This document shows positions 33,950 through 48,030 of a stretch of DNA of 48,211 nt, in pieces. The position numbers and the translations under genes were made by a program. The DNA comes from Chara braunii. Its lineage: Eukaryota; Plantae; Charophyceae. A model generated the notes under the pieces. It was given only the letters and a program-made list of their open reading frames with translations. It did no database searches and was not told where the DNA came from. Position 1 is the stretch's first letter. Each line of letters starts with the position of its first letter. The DNA lies in contig BFEA01000039.1 in assembly GCA_003427395.1 (NCBI GenBank), positions 1,575,774 to 1,623,984 of the forward strand, in the 5' to 3' direction.

Positions 33950-36698
33950 TGTGACGCCCCAACCTCACGCCCCGCGCGACTTCCTGATCGGAGTGGGATG
34001 GGGGCCCGAAAGTGCGAAAAAGGGGTGTGGCAAGGATTTTAGGGTAGTGGGGGTGGCGTTCCAGGTCAGAACTGAAATCTCTTGTGGCAAGCCTCAGGGG
34101 CAGTTATGCAAGATAGCAAGCGCGAACCGTGTCCGACTTTTATGCCTTGCGGGATGTCATCGCCACCCCTGTGAGTTTTGTTGTTGAGGCCGGACTTGGA
34201 TTTGGTGAACCGGCGGAACGCTATGTGTGTCGCGTTGCCTAACCAATCGCCAGCGTCGCTCGTGACAAGCCTCCGAGTCGGACAAAGCGGGCCTCAGGCG
34301 CAGGCTGTGTGCTCGCTGTTCGGCATCAGTCCAGGTTCGTTGAACGAACCCCACGGCTCGGTAATCGCTGTCCTGTTGGCACTTGGAGCACGGGGTTCGA
34401 GGCCAGTAGGGGGCGAGTGCGTGCCACGGGGCCGCCGTCAGGCAGTGAAAAGGCAACACGAGGCGGTAGGGAGCGAAGTCTGTCTCAATGATGACGACAC
34501 CGGGTTCGGCGATGGCGTGGCTTACGTGTGAGCTGGGGAACTGGGAGGGAAAGGGATCGCGCTTAAGGCCCGTTCGATGTCCCACTCACAGACACATTTG
34601 TTTCCCGTCCGAAAGGGGAATTTTTTAGGGTTGGAGCGGGGTTGTGCGAGAAGACAGGCGTTTTCCACTCCCAGTATTCTCGGAACCGGCGGTGTCTCAG
34701 GCTCTCCCAATCCGTGACGTGGAAGGGAGTCCCATTATCCATGCTACCGGAATTTTGCGAGTTTAGACATGGACTCGAGCGCGGGTCTTGTAGACGTGCG
34801 TGTAGGCGATGTCCGTTTTGATCGAGCCTGCACGTATGCGCACGAGACCCTGTTTGCGATCAGTTGGATCGGATCGACTGGCTATCCCTTTGGTCGGGAG
34901 ATCGTCTGATCCATCGTTATGCTAGCCCGTGCGCACGTCAAGAGACAGACATTAGGAAGGCAATCTGTGGGCAATCACACATTGAATCAGCCATCCCACC
35001 AGAGCATACATCAGCCGGGACCACCGAGTGTTCATTAGATTCCCATTTCTGTCCAAAAGGGAACGGGAAACTGACATGCATACTCAGGTATCTATCGTAC
35101 TCATGCATCAATCAAACTCGAGGGCCGTGCAAAACTCCGGAATAGCATAAGCGAGAGATGGACAAGGATTTGCGCATCAAGCCATGTCACCGAGGAAGCC
35201 TACATCATCATAACCCAAACTCACCGGGGTTACGCGCAGACAATCGTCGTGCCCGATCTCACCATACAGCAATGAAACAGGAGTGAGGGGGGAAATCAAA
35301 CCAATCACAAGAAAAGACACGAACGAGGGGTAGTCATGAGCAAAAGAGGACCGACGCCACTTATCAAAACTACATAAGTGAGAAAAAGAAGGACACCATC
35401 CCACACACAAGATCCGAAGGTTGGCAATTCCGTGATATGCATGAGGGGCGCATCCAACCCGAGCGCAGAATGGGGACTAGAAGGCAACGAAATTTGAGTT
35501 AAACTAGTCGTCCAAAGATTGCGCGAGGAGGGGTGAGGGAAGAGCGTGAGTTCATTCCACACACACCATAAGCAAAAAATCCAAAATGATTCGCAAGAAG
35601 ATCGAAACGGCCGTAACAAAATCACCGGTTGAAATCAAAATTTATACAGAGGGTTTGAGAGAGGCATCATCCCACACACACATCTCTCTTTCTGTCCACG
35701 CTACATCACCTCCGATGAGGGCAGTTCGTTGCCTCGCACCAACACCGAGTCGTCACCCCGCTTAGTCGGAGTACACAAGCCAAGTTCGCCCGTGCGTCAC
35801 AGTCCGCCGTGGCCCGCACGTCAACCCCGCCTACACGGCACCAGCTCGTTGGGTCGCCCGACTCACTTCTGCTCATCTTCTCACTTACTTGTTAGCCGAT
35901 CCTCACTGGCCGCGCTAACTTCCAAATTCTGAGAGAGCAAACTAATCGCGCTTGCGAAATTTATAGCGTGCATGCTTGCGCGATGAACCCGGGATTATGC
36001 CTAAGTGAGGGGAAGGGGAAGAGAAGGAAGTGCCTACGCCTGCATGGCCAAGCCGCGGCGTGGGGGACGCAGCCACACTCCATCGATCCGGTCATGCAGT
36101 CGCTCAGGCCAATTAGAGTGGAGGGCGAGGTATGCACGACAAAGGGGAAGAAGGCGGGGAAACACGATAGAATCAAGAAGGAGGAATACAGTTACAATCG
36201 CGCCCGCCAAAAATTACAGTTACATGCAGTATTAAGGGCAGGATACAGTCAGAGCCCGGTTCCCACTGCAGTGAAAGGTGCATGAGCAAGAAGCGAGGCG
36301 CAACAAGATTTCATAGCACCTAAATTCCTAGTCTAAATCCTATTTGCAAAAACAAATTCTGAAAAGCTTTAAAAAAAAACAATTTAAAAAGCCCGTCATC
36401 CGTTGTAAATTTAAAAACGACATTCCCGCGCGCTAATCGCGCCAAAATTCCCATCTCCCACAGCAGAACAAGAAAGAAGTTATGGCAACCGTTATTTATC
36501 GCGCTCACTAAGGCGTGGTCACTCAATCGTCGTCGCAGGACTTTCCCGGCCCTGGTCCCGAAAGCAAAAAAGAAAGAAGCGAGGGTATCCATGCAACTTG
36601 TCCGGCCAACCCCTATCTTCCACCTGACCAACCAGTTGCCAACCCCCAAAGCCGCTTCGCGCAGAAAGTTGTGCGATTGTAGAAAATAGTTCGTCATA
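33950..36698 (-). mobile_element. Solo-LTR-like element C (2749 bp)
   Basis: TGTGACG...CGTCATA ends; GCTG TSD (33946-33949, 36699-36702); both ends homologous to element B. Confidence 0.88.
34157..34710 (-). pseudogene. Conserved unknown protein inside element C (frameshift near 34530)
   Basis: KFPF...CVCEWDI (compare A: PFPY...RVCEWDV), then GVVIIETDFAPYRLVLPFHCLTAAPWHALAPYWPRTPCSKC in a second frame. Confidence 0.65.
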
Positions 36699-39419
36699 GC
36701 TGCGGTGCGGCCGTGACCTTTTCCATGAGAAGTGCATCCTCAACGTTAGAACAATGTGCGAGAGGAGATGGGAGTCACTGTGCACCCTCATGAAGACCTG
36801 TAGTAGCATGTTCATACCTAGGGACCACAAGGCTGAGGAGACTGGAGGAGCGCTTGACGCACGCGCGCGACACAGAGGCACTTGTATTGACCACATCACA
36901 GGCTGACGTGGACATAGTACAAACACGTGGAATTAAGGCGTTGGGGATGTCGCATATCCATGTGGCCCGTAAAATGCTCACCATAGTCGTCGCTAAAAAA
37001 ATAATGCGACTTTGACTCTTGTGGTGTTGATGTCAATACTGGTGGTGAGAAACGAAGAATACCCTTGTGGGAGCGAAGTGTGGGCGGACTTGCGCACATC
37101 ATTGCGTTTGGTGGACTTCATAGTAATATTGAGACAATTCAAGAGAGAACGGCGACATCTAAAGTAAGGACGACGCGACTTTCACTCCAATACTAGGGTG
37201 GATGGTGGCATGGTCTGGTCAACTCAGGCAATGGAGAAGTGAGTCTAGCAGGAAGATGGCGAATAGCTAATCTTTCATATATCGGGAAGTATGGAAAGAT
37301 GAGTGGAAAGTGGTAGGACATGTGGTACAAAAATGTTTGTCATATCCCCTTTCTTCACCAACCAGCGCATCCTTCTTCAGAATGGAATAGGCACATTTTC
37401 ACCTAATGAGAAAGGAAGGCACTAGAGTTATTCTCGAATTCGCCTGCTCGAAATGTGTAGGAAGTTTGCCACGTCGGCAAGGGCAGGAAACAGTTAATTG
37501 GAGGGGCCTTTTGGAATGTCAAGTAGAAAGGAGAAGACGGGGTAAGGCGAGGTGGGGTATTCGAGGTTGCTGATTCCGGGAGAGAAAGATACGACCACAT
37601 CAGCTTGGTGGAACAAGTGTCTGTAAGTCTCTTCTTCTTCTCATCAGCTTCCATTCACCCTATATCCTTCCCTTTTTCTTTTTATTCTTCCATGTGCATC
37701 CGTGGGCTTTGTTTCTTGAATAGGCATGGATATGCCTAAGTCACGATTGTGAACATGTTTTGTTGGGAAATTCCTAAAATTAGCATATGTATAAATATTA
37801 AATATCAAATTAGGAACTAATCTCGAACAAACTCTGAACGATAATAAGGCAAAACAATTCATTCTTATCGTGAAGAATCCAAGGTCCTAATCAGTTTTTC
37901 ACCCCTCAGTGCCCACGTGGCAACATTTAACATTCTTCCTTTATTTTTTCTCCTTCTTCTTAATCAGGCTCTTTTCTCCTCTTGCTCTCGTTGTCCCTCT
38001 GGTCGTTTCCTATTGAGTACTCATGCTTCTCTCTCCTTGGGGCTTCCTCTCTCTTTGTCCTCATAGTGTTCTCCTACCCCTCGCCCTTCCTCATTTCCCT
38101 CTTCCTTTTGTTTCCCTTTCCATCCTATAGTACCTATTTTGTGCCTCTGGCTCTCCTTTCTCTTCTCTCTTCCCCCCTCTCCTCCCTTCCTTCTGCTATG
38201 AAATATTTCGTTTCAACCCGCTTTTTTGTTTCCTCAGTGTAACCGGTCACGCCTCCCGCCCCAGTCATTATAGTACATTATAGTAGATTATAGTACATTA
38301 TTCCTCCCCCGTATCCTTTGCCCTCCCTTGCTCCCCTTTTCTTCTCGGTTCCCTCTCCTTCAAATAAAGCAGGTTTTGTCCCTCCCTCCCTGTCTCTCAT
38401 TCCCTTCTCTCCTCCCTTCCCTCCCCTTTCCTCCTCTTTCCTCCTCTTTCCTCCCTTTTCCCCGCAAACCTTCCCCACCTCCTGCTGCTACGTGCCAGTG
38501 TGTTTTCACTCGCTCTATTATTGCCTCAGCGTGACCAGTCACTTCTACCTCCCCCATACATTACATTCCTCCTCTCCTGTATTTACTCTTGGCTCAGGTC
38601 CCCTTGATTTCTGTCACCTCCACTGCCTCTATACATTACATCGATCCTCCCCAGTTTTTCTTCTCGACTCAATCTCATTGTTTGTTGTCTCCCGGTCTTA
38701 TCTGCAATCTACTAGTAGCTGATTCAAACGAGGGGGGAGAACCAATTATCGGTCGAGATAAAATCAACATGAATATGGCTACGTTATCATCTTTGTCTTC
38801 CAAAAGAGTGGGAGGGAATAATTCCCTCTTATTCTATCAAGGCGCAATGCGCCACGTAGCCATGAGGCAATTGGGGTCATCACCGTACAGCAAGCCGTTG
38901 CCCTCATCAACCTCATCAACCCATTCACAGGCCCTGATGAAAACATCCCCAAGATCAGACAAGACGGCGAATCCCAATCCGATCACACAGATTCTACTAC
39001 GGTCAACCCTATGGACACGTACAATGTATAGAGTGCACTTCTTACTAACATATTATGAAAAAAAGCAAAAAAATAATAATAAAAAACACGTAAAACAACA
39101 CCTCAAAAGTGCATTTTAGGCAATTTTGCCAAAAAAAATATCATCGAAATTTCAGGATTTTCAGGATGATCAACAACACAAATTCTACTAATCCTAATGA
39201 CACCAAATTTGACACACAGCAAGCTTGACCAAAAACAAAAACAGGCAAAAAAAAAAATCCAAAAAAACACAAAATTTGACCTGGAAACCCTAATTTCAGG
39301 ATCATGCATGGTCACTCAGGGCCGAAAAGTGGGGGTCTCTGTTAACCGCTTGTGCGTACACAGAGGAACACAGGTCTAAGGAAGCGACACAAGAAAGGGA
39401 GAATATACAGAACCATTCC

Positions 39420-42400
39420 ATGCAGACTGAGTTGTCAACTTCACAATCCCATGGAAAAGAAAAATCTTCAGCAGTAGGGTTGATGGAGAAGAGAGAGAGT
39501 GAGGATCAGGAAATGCTCACAGAAGAGGAAAGAGCAGAACAAGGAAGTCTAAAAAAGAATCAATATTCATTGAAAGGAAAAGAAAGGATTGAAGCAGAAG
39601 AAACTAGCAACACGAAAGGAGCACCCTCCACGTCCTCCTCGTCTCCCTCTTGGGCACAGAGACTCAGACAAACCATGAATGAAAAAACTATCAATGTTTC
39701 GAGACCGGCGATCGGCCCACCAGGCACACCGGCGGAGGATTTGAAAATTCCCTTCAGGAATCTCTCCTCGGCAAGGGCATATTTCTTGACTCTCTTCCTC
39801 ATCTCTTTTGAACAGAAAGTGGTAGAACAGGGGGGGAGAAAGACTCTCATGAAATCCTATCCAGTAGAAAAGTTGACACAAAGGGACGAAATTTACACAA
39901 GACATGCTAACAACTGGATTTTCTATGGTCACTCAGCTCACAGGTTCACCAATGATAAGGTCAAATGGATCTGTAAGAGATTACTAACTTTAAAAGGGAG
40001 TGAGGAGACAGTCTCAGAGTTTTTTCTCATACAGCCGGTGTCATAAACACTATTCACGGTTCTCTGTTTATTTGAGGAAGATAAAAAACAAATTGATGGG
40101 TGGAGGAAACTTTCCTGGGAAACCGTGCACGATAGCTCTCAGATACGAATTTACCCGTGGTTCCCCAAAAAAACAACACCGGAAGAGAGGAGAGAGAAAC
40201 TGATGAGAGACCACTACTGGGTGGAGTTCCGTCACATCCCGATAGAGGTTCAAGCGGCATTCGTGCACGACTTTGGGCAGCTTCAGGATTGTTGATTCTG
40301 TCGACCCTTTGCCCACACATGTGGCAAAGCGAGATGATTACTCAATGATGGCCATAGATTTGCAGAAAGATCAACCGTTCTCTTTGGATGACATTGTCCC
40401 CTACAAAATGCGGGGAAGAATATATCAGATTCACACAGCACATAAATTTTATCCGTGGTGTTTCAAATGCAGAGCACATGGACACCTTAGCACAGAATTT
40501 GCATGTCCATTACATCCCCAACATGCACACCCACCGGACCAAAAATTGAGAAGGGACCCCCAGAGACTTCACAGGTGGGTCCCAACAACAGCAGGTTATG
40601 AGGGGTGGGTATATAGTGATGAAGTGACTCAAGCAGGGTCGCCAATTGGTTGGTACTGGGAAGATAGAGGGGACCACCGCAAGGTTCCCCGACCCCATCC
40701 TGAATGGACGCCTCCTCAACAGCAACACCTCTAGAACCAGCAGAGTCTGCAAAATCACCAAAATGGGCATCCTTCCCCTCAAACATACCAACAGAACCAG
40801 CACCAGCACAGAGGCCCTCCAGGTAGGAACACCTCTCTTGCTGAGTATCCAAAGGTTATGCAAGGGATGCAAGGAGCTCACGGCGGGACACAGAGGATGC
40901 AGGAGTCACAAGAAGCACAAGGACAAACTATTCTAATCAGGACAGGTCTGTACAGCAAGAGGTTCCTAGGGGGGGGGGCGGTTGCAGATCCTTGGGTCCA
41001 TCAGCCGAAAATTACCTACCAAATAGCGCCCAAAATAGCCACGCTACGGCTTCATAGTGGAGGATCGTGAAATCCAAAAGGCGGTCTTCTTCGCAGACGT
41101 TACAGGCGTCACAGTCACAGTCACCAGTCACCTCCTCACAATCAAGTCTGACTGAGCAGGCGTTGCAGGTGGAGCCGTTGTCACAAGTATCGCCCCTACA
41201 GTCACAGTCTCAGCAGGTTTCTCACGTGCATACCACACACGCAATACAAACCTCAGAGGCACTAGAACCAGCTCACCAAAGTCAGGTATTGCAAAAAACT
41301 CAATCATCACGGTCGCAACAGTCATTGCGGATCAAACAGTCAGAATATATACACCAGGATCAGCCAAGATCACTGGGGTCAGTTGTGACAGCAGATCACT
41401 CACCAACGTCACCTGGTCCAACAATGACTGATAAGATACACTCGAAGGAAGACCAAGAAAAAAATAGTATACTAATGCCTGCGGACATAACCCCAATGGA
41501 AGTGGATCCGCTCAAAGAGGCTTTCTCTACCGACTACATGGATTTCGAAGTGGCCCTGGTAAAGGCAATCCCTCTTGCAACAATAGGGGAATTGGGGTGG
41601 GAACAAGACTCGTTCGTCAAACTACAGTAAGGGATATATAATGTTTCATATTGGGTGATAAACAATTTGAAATTTAAATATCCGAACGCTGCTGCAGAAA
41701 CCTGGATCCCCATTAAGGATCAGATTAGGTCCAAGGATCAGATCAGGTCCTTGTTATTCTGCAGTGACAGTCTGAAATCAGCTCTTCAATTTGGACTTCC
41801 TTCGGAAGACGATTGGATGACAGCCAGCAACAAGTTACTGCATATTTCTCTTGAGAGAGTCCACTCCCTCCCTATGCGTCCTTCCATCCTTCTCAACAAG
41901 AGTGGGGAGGCAGAATACAAGGAAGATAAAAAAGAAAAAGGGGGATCTCACCGTAATATTGGATCGAGAAGACTGAAGGTACTGGCAAGGAAAAATGACA
42001 TAACAAAAAATGAAAAAAAGAAAATAACAGACTGCCAAAAGAGCACCCCAACAAAGGAACAAACCGTCTCAGACACCGAGGAGGTGTTGCGGGGTCAGCA
42101 ACAACTACAGGATGCAACAGTTAGCAATCACTCCTCGCCAGACCAGAGAATTCAAAGCCCAGAAAAGAAAACGAGCGTCTATAACGAATAGGCCACGTCA
42201 TGGTGACTGTGATAAGAGCAAAACAAAGGCAGTACTGTTGAGCACCTTCACGTCCCTTTTGCCACAAAATTACGACCAAAGCACCACTTCAGTCCAAAAA
42301 GTTGGTATAGGTGTTGAGTCTGATTCTGTTTCTCACATCGTCTCGGCCTCCACGTCCCTCATCAATGAGAAGAAACGCATATTTGAAAGAGGGGACACTC

Positions 42401-43340
42401 CCTTCACACCACAGGAGCCCTATCACAGTTCCAATCTGGCGAAGGAAGTCATACCGGTAGCTAGACTAGGAGCTCATAATAGCTCATCCCCCTTGAGTCT
42501 CAACCAAGAAGCCTATATCACAAAGGCACAGGTAAAGGAAGTGGTTTCGGAGATAACCGAGGAATTTTTTTTTTTGTGGTTGCAGATACCCAAAGCAAAG
42601 AAGAGGGGAGGTCCTCATCACTCATTGTCTGGGATAGTGAGGATGAGCATCAACCACTCTCCCCACATCAGGTAACACAGATGCATAAGCGGAACAGTAT
42701 ATTTGTAACCATCTCTCCTCTCGAAATCGATCTGACAGAGGACACCAGCACCACGCAACAGGAGTATCTACCCTTGCAGTCTCGTCCGTCAGTCTTGGCG
42801 GATAACACCAGCAAAAGGCAAAAACTCGGATCTAAACTAAACAGTGATGTGAGTGCTATGTCCCTTTCTAAACCTGGAATAGTCATCTTACCTGTCAGGC
42901 AAAAGGAGGGGTTATAGGAGGTAGGTTTGTCCATGGTTGACAACTCTCAATATGGGGGGGTTACGCTGCAGGGTACAATATCATCGTTTGTTTCTCTGTC
43001 TAATCTCACAGGTGGGAAAACAGGGGAGAAATTTATTAAAATGAATATTGTGAAATACATCAAAGAATCTTTCCCACTAGGGAGCTGGGCCACACTCACT
43101 TTCACAGCAGGAGCCACCAAGATTGCTGACAGAGATGTGTATCTGTGCTACAAGACTGGTGATACCATTGATCTAAAATGGTTGAGCCTTGAGTCTCTTA
43201 AGGAGATTCAAGTCCTAAAGATCAAAGTCAGTCAATTCTGGTTGGATGCAGATGTGATCCTTCTTCTGTTGAGACTCCTCAAACAAGCAATATTGGTACA
43301 GGGGGGTGTATTGGATACCGGGACATGGGAGAACTTGTAA
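39420..43340 (+). pseudogene. LINE ORF1 region (zinc knuckle CFKCRAHGHLSTEFAC; Ser/Gln-rich middle; unknown C-terminal domain)
   Basis: Chain of + strand fragments 39420-40046, 40273-40734, 41067-41630, 41655-42191, 42112-42917 and 42927-43340. Confidence 0.65.
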
Positions 43341-43419
43341 ATGACCACTAGTAGTTTCTCCTCCACAAGGAGCAGATGGTAACTAATCCTCCAAGTGTTC
43401 GTTTTGGGTTTTGTCATTG

Positions 43420-46400
43420 ATGATGGGGGAAGTAAACTTAGTGGACCTGTTATACAATAAAGACAAGAATTGAAAACTCTTAAGGAGAAATGCGGACCTG
43501 AATCTTAGGTTATTAAATGTTAACGGGTTAGCTTCCGCCAAGAACTTCAAGAAACAGGCTGTATATGAGCAAATCAGGGGAGTGGATGGCAAAATTTGGC
43601 CCGACATAATCTGTATACAAGAGACACACCTCCAAAACACAGACTCACATAACTATGTCCATAAAGAAATCTGGCCACACACAGCATATAGGGCACATGC
43701 TCCCAAACCGGGGAGTATTGGTGTGACAATTTGGATCCCTCCTAATACTAAATTAGAAGTTATAAATTGGGGAGCGGACCAACAGGAGGGTAGATGGGTA
43801 TACATACTGGTAATGATAGAACTATAAATAGTCAGTATCCTAAATGTGTATGGGCCTAATTATTTAGGAGAGCGAGAAGTCTTCTTTGCCAGTGTTCTCT
43901 CCCATCTACCAATGGGCATTCCTGTCATTATTGCAGGGGACTTTAATGCAGCCCCAGATCGAAACTTAGATAGATGAAATATCCCTTCTCCCTGCCCTGC
44001 ATATGTGAAAGTGGATGAATTCATCATATCAAACCTCCGTCATACAACTAACCTGTTTGATTCCTTTAGGAGACTGAACTCGAATACCAAAATATTCATC
44101 TGCTTCATGATAAACCAATCAAGGAAAAGTACAATATCCAGAATAGATTTAATCCTGATTTATGAGGAACTATACGGAGCAGTGCAGTTTGTCAGCATAC
44201 TCTCAAGAAACCCCTTCCCAGGACTAAATCACGCAACGTGCATGATAATATTCACATTCAGTAGGAAACCTGATCAAGGAAGAGGATTCTACAGGCTCAA
44301 CACTTCACATCTTAAATTAGATAGTTTCAAACAATTCCTCATTGATGTATAGGGTTTCAGGAAAAAACTGAAACACCTCATCAATGATGACGTTAAGTGG
44401 TTCAACAACGGCCTAGCTTTCCCATGACGTAAATGCAATGAATATTCTATAGCTTTGGCTAAACAAAGACATCAAAATGAAATACATCTGCACAAAAAAA
44501 TTGAGGAACTTCAACAAACAGAGATTCAGACTGAGGACCCTGATCAGCTATATCCAATTGCCGATGAGATTTAAAATTTGGAGGAACAATTATTGAGTCA
44601 TATGGAATACAGGTGGGAGGGGATGAGAATTAAGGAAAAATTAAAAAAGAATCAAATGGAGGGGACAATGGACGCAAGATTCTTTGCAGTGGCGAGAGTC
44701 AATTCAAGCAGAACAAATATAGAAGCCTTATCTAATCCCTTTGATACTAATGAACCTTTGTCTACTTCATCTGTCGCCTGCAATAAAATTGTCAGAGACT
44801 TCTTTAAGAAACTTTTTTCTTCAGAGAATAAAAATATCCCCAGAAATCGGTTTATGGATGAGATTGAAGATTTCCTACAACCCATGAAGCAGTCCCTTAC
44901 AGATAATCAGAGGGAGGAAATTGATAAACCTCTCAGTAAAGAATAAATATGGAAAACATTCATGTTAATGAAGGAAGAAAAAACTCATAGGATTGACGGT
45001 TTCTCCAAAGAATTTTGGGGAATCATGTGGGACACTATGACCCAAGATCTTATGGACTTCTATCACGTTGTATGAAGCATAGGGGAGATGGGGGAAATAG
45101 TTTGTCAAGGTGTTATAACTCTCTTATATAAAAAAGGGGAAAAGATAAATATACGCAAATATCTTCTCATCACTTTGTTAACAGTAGTATACAAGTTTGT
45201 GGCTTAAGTACTGACGGATAGACTGGCCAAGGTAATAGCTGATATCATTCATCCAGCACAAACAAGATTCATATCTGGAAGAAATATACAAGATAATATG
45301 CTCTTGGTTAATGAGTTCATCAAAATCACACGCCAATCTAGGCACAATGCAGCGTTTATATTTATAGACTTTGAAAATGCGTATGATCATGTTGACTGGG
45401 TCTTCCTAAACAAATGCTTTAAAAAAATGAATTTTGGCTCTTGCTTTAGGAGATGGGTGAGAATTATGCATAAGAAGACAACAACCAGGATGATGGTAAA
45501 TGGCAACTTGGCCCCCCTTATTAACTTGGAAAAATCAATCAGACAAGGGGACCCACTAACACCATTCCTTTTTGTAATTACAATGGAGGCCCTAACAGCA
45601 AACCTTGGACAAAATAAAGATATCAAAAGAATTCGAATAACGTCGATCCTTGAGGAAGCGATTCCAATATGCTTTCTTTTTGCTGACGATCTTTCCCTCA
45701 TGATGGAAGCATCTGAAGATAATCTAAGAGCCCTCCAAAGTCTAATGGACCAATTTTGTATATTATCTGATATGAATATCAATTGGGGAAACAAGACACT
45801 AGGCTGGTGGATCCATCATCAAGGTGTCCTACCACCAGAAATCCCAAAAATTAAATAGCTACCAAAAAAAAATTCAGTCAGGGTCCTAGACATCAATTTA
45901 TCAGCAGATGGCAAACCTACTTCTAATAGTGAAGGGATTCTACAAGTTGCTCATGCAAAAGTGGAGACATGGAAGAACAAACACACTTCTATTTTTGGGC
46001 ACGTCCTAATAATTAACAACGTCATATTGGGATCCATCTGGTACAAATCGGCCATATGGGCCCTGGATAAGGTCTCAATCAAAGCGTTCCATCAGAGTCT
46101 CGGATCTTTCCTATAGAGAGGGAATCATTACCTCAAAAATGTGATCAGTAGAGTTGCCTTGTCAACAATTATTCAACCAAAATCAAGAGGGGGGCTAGGC
46201 ATCATTGACCCTACTCTCCAAGCAATGACACTATCTATCCAATGGATCATTAGGCTCCTCTTTAGCCCACAAGCCCTATGGACTGTCCTAGCATGGGAAC
46301 AGATTAAGAGATTGACCCCTCTAACTAACGACTAAGTTGATCCTTTGATGTGGTTAGAGAATCGAGCTTGGACCCTTCAAAGGAGTAAAAAAGTTGCAAG

Positions 46401-48030
46401 GGAGGAAACCCCCTCTAACGAAAGATAAAAGGCTAGAAGAGATATCAACAGGGATCCATTCTGGATTCCCCTTATCAAAACTTGGAAAAAATTACCCTTA
46501 ATAGATAAAATTCACCCCATTAGATGGAAGGAAGTTTGTCAACAACCCCTATTTAATAACACTTGGATAAGGGATAACCAAGAAAACACGTTGCATTGCA
46601 ATGACTCACCTTGGAAAGGATGGATTAAGAAAGGAATAGTCAGAATCAAGGACATTTGGAACAAAGAATCCAAGGATTGGGTTACTCAGGAAGAAATTCA
46701 GGAAAAACTAAGATATTGTCACCATGTGGAGTTAGCCCTGGAAAGTATTATTGAGTTGATCCCCTTGGACTGGATCCGCATTCTTAAAAAAAGACCTGAA
46801 ATTAAGACCAATGACTGAGTGACCTTCATTGATAACAATCACCTAATAGGCAATATCTTGGAAATTGAGTCAAATGGAGATATATTAACATTCCTCTTTA
46901 TCCTTAAAGAGGATAATAGAGTAATCCCTCATCCAGAGGATGAAATCAGGTGGGTAACTGTGGATCAAATTTTCAGGATTAGAGTATTACAAACTAAAAA
47001 TGAATGGTTGGCATTCAGACCCAACACTTTCATATCACACCTAGCAATAGACCCCGTATAATGGAAGTGGGGATCACAACTCAAAAGGGATAAAAATTAC
47101 ACCAGAACCTTTCATACCCTGTCAGTCAAATCGACATACAGAATGCTGAGACCAATAATCAACCCATGGGATAGGGTGTCTAGCAGATGGATGAGGCATT
47201 TGAATCTGTACATAAATGATTTGAATCACATTAAGTGGTTTCGCAGCAAGAACTTTAAACCAACCAAAATTGCATCCTTACAATGGCAGACTAAACACAA
47301 ATGCCTCCCTACTAATGACTGGTTGATAGATAGAATGTCACAAGATAAGAACAATCAGGCCCAACCATGGTGCAAACTCTGCAAAACTGCTTATCCAAGT
47401 AGAATGATTCCGGAAACAATCGAACACATATTCCTTCAATGCCGATATTCAATTCGGCTTTGGAGATGGTGGGACAGAGTTTGGAGTAACTTAGAGACAA
47501 AGTCTCAGTGGCCATGGGGCTGGAAACCTCTTCTATCGGAAGCATGGAACGTCGTTCTTTTTGACGAATTTACCCACAATCTGTTTTTTCTAAGTAGGAG
47601 GGCAATTCTATGGGTCACTTGGAGAAGAAGATGCATCTTTGAGTGGGAAGGAGCCAGGGTGGATGGTCCTGAGTTCACAGAAACCATCAAAGAACAAATT
47701 CAGACAGACATTCTACACCAATGGGAACTCACGAAAGAGAAAATCCAGTTTTTATCCAACAAAAAGGAAATCTCACAGCAAATACAACAGTTCAACTTGA
47801 TCTGGCTTGGACGGAAACAAAGGGGAAGAATAGGGAAGGTGGTATGGGAAGGAGCTATAGAAGATGAGGATGGAGACATTAAAAGGAACTACAAGGTTTT
47901 GTTTGAGGATTGGTGTTCGATTGATTCCTCAATTCCCTTGAGACCCCTCTCAGAATTTCCTGACCCATTCCCACTCCCCCCAAGTGTGTTAGTCCCCACC
48001 TCTTGGTTTGGGATAGGAGACAACATATGA
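43420..48030 (+). pseudogene. LINE ORF2: AP-like endonuclease, reverse transcriptase and C-terminal zinc-binding domain
   Basis: LNVNGL, DIICIQETH, NVYGPN, AGDFN, SRID; IDFENAYDHV, IRQGDPLTPFLF, LFADD; RGGLGI; CKLC...ETIEHIFLQC. Confidence 0.93.

Larger units (their letters stand above)
39420..48030 (+). mobile_element. Decayed L1/Tx1-type LINE (ends not defined; 3' end probably beyond the window)
   Basis: ORF1 with a zinc knuckle followed by ORF2 with APE, RT and zinc finger; many stops. Confidence 0.92.

Noticed and set aside
37460-37930. Possible inverted-repeat pair around gccacgt motifs
   Set aside because: Match too short and degenerate, and no TSD
37940-38720. ORFs in the pyrimidine-rich tract
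   Set aside because: Low-complexity Ser/Leu/Phe/Pro translation of CT-rich DNA
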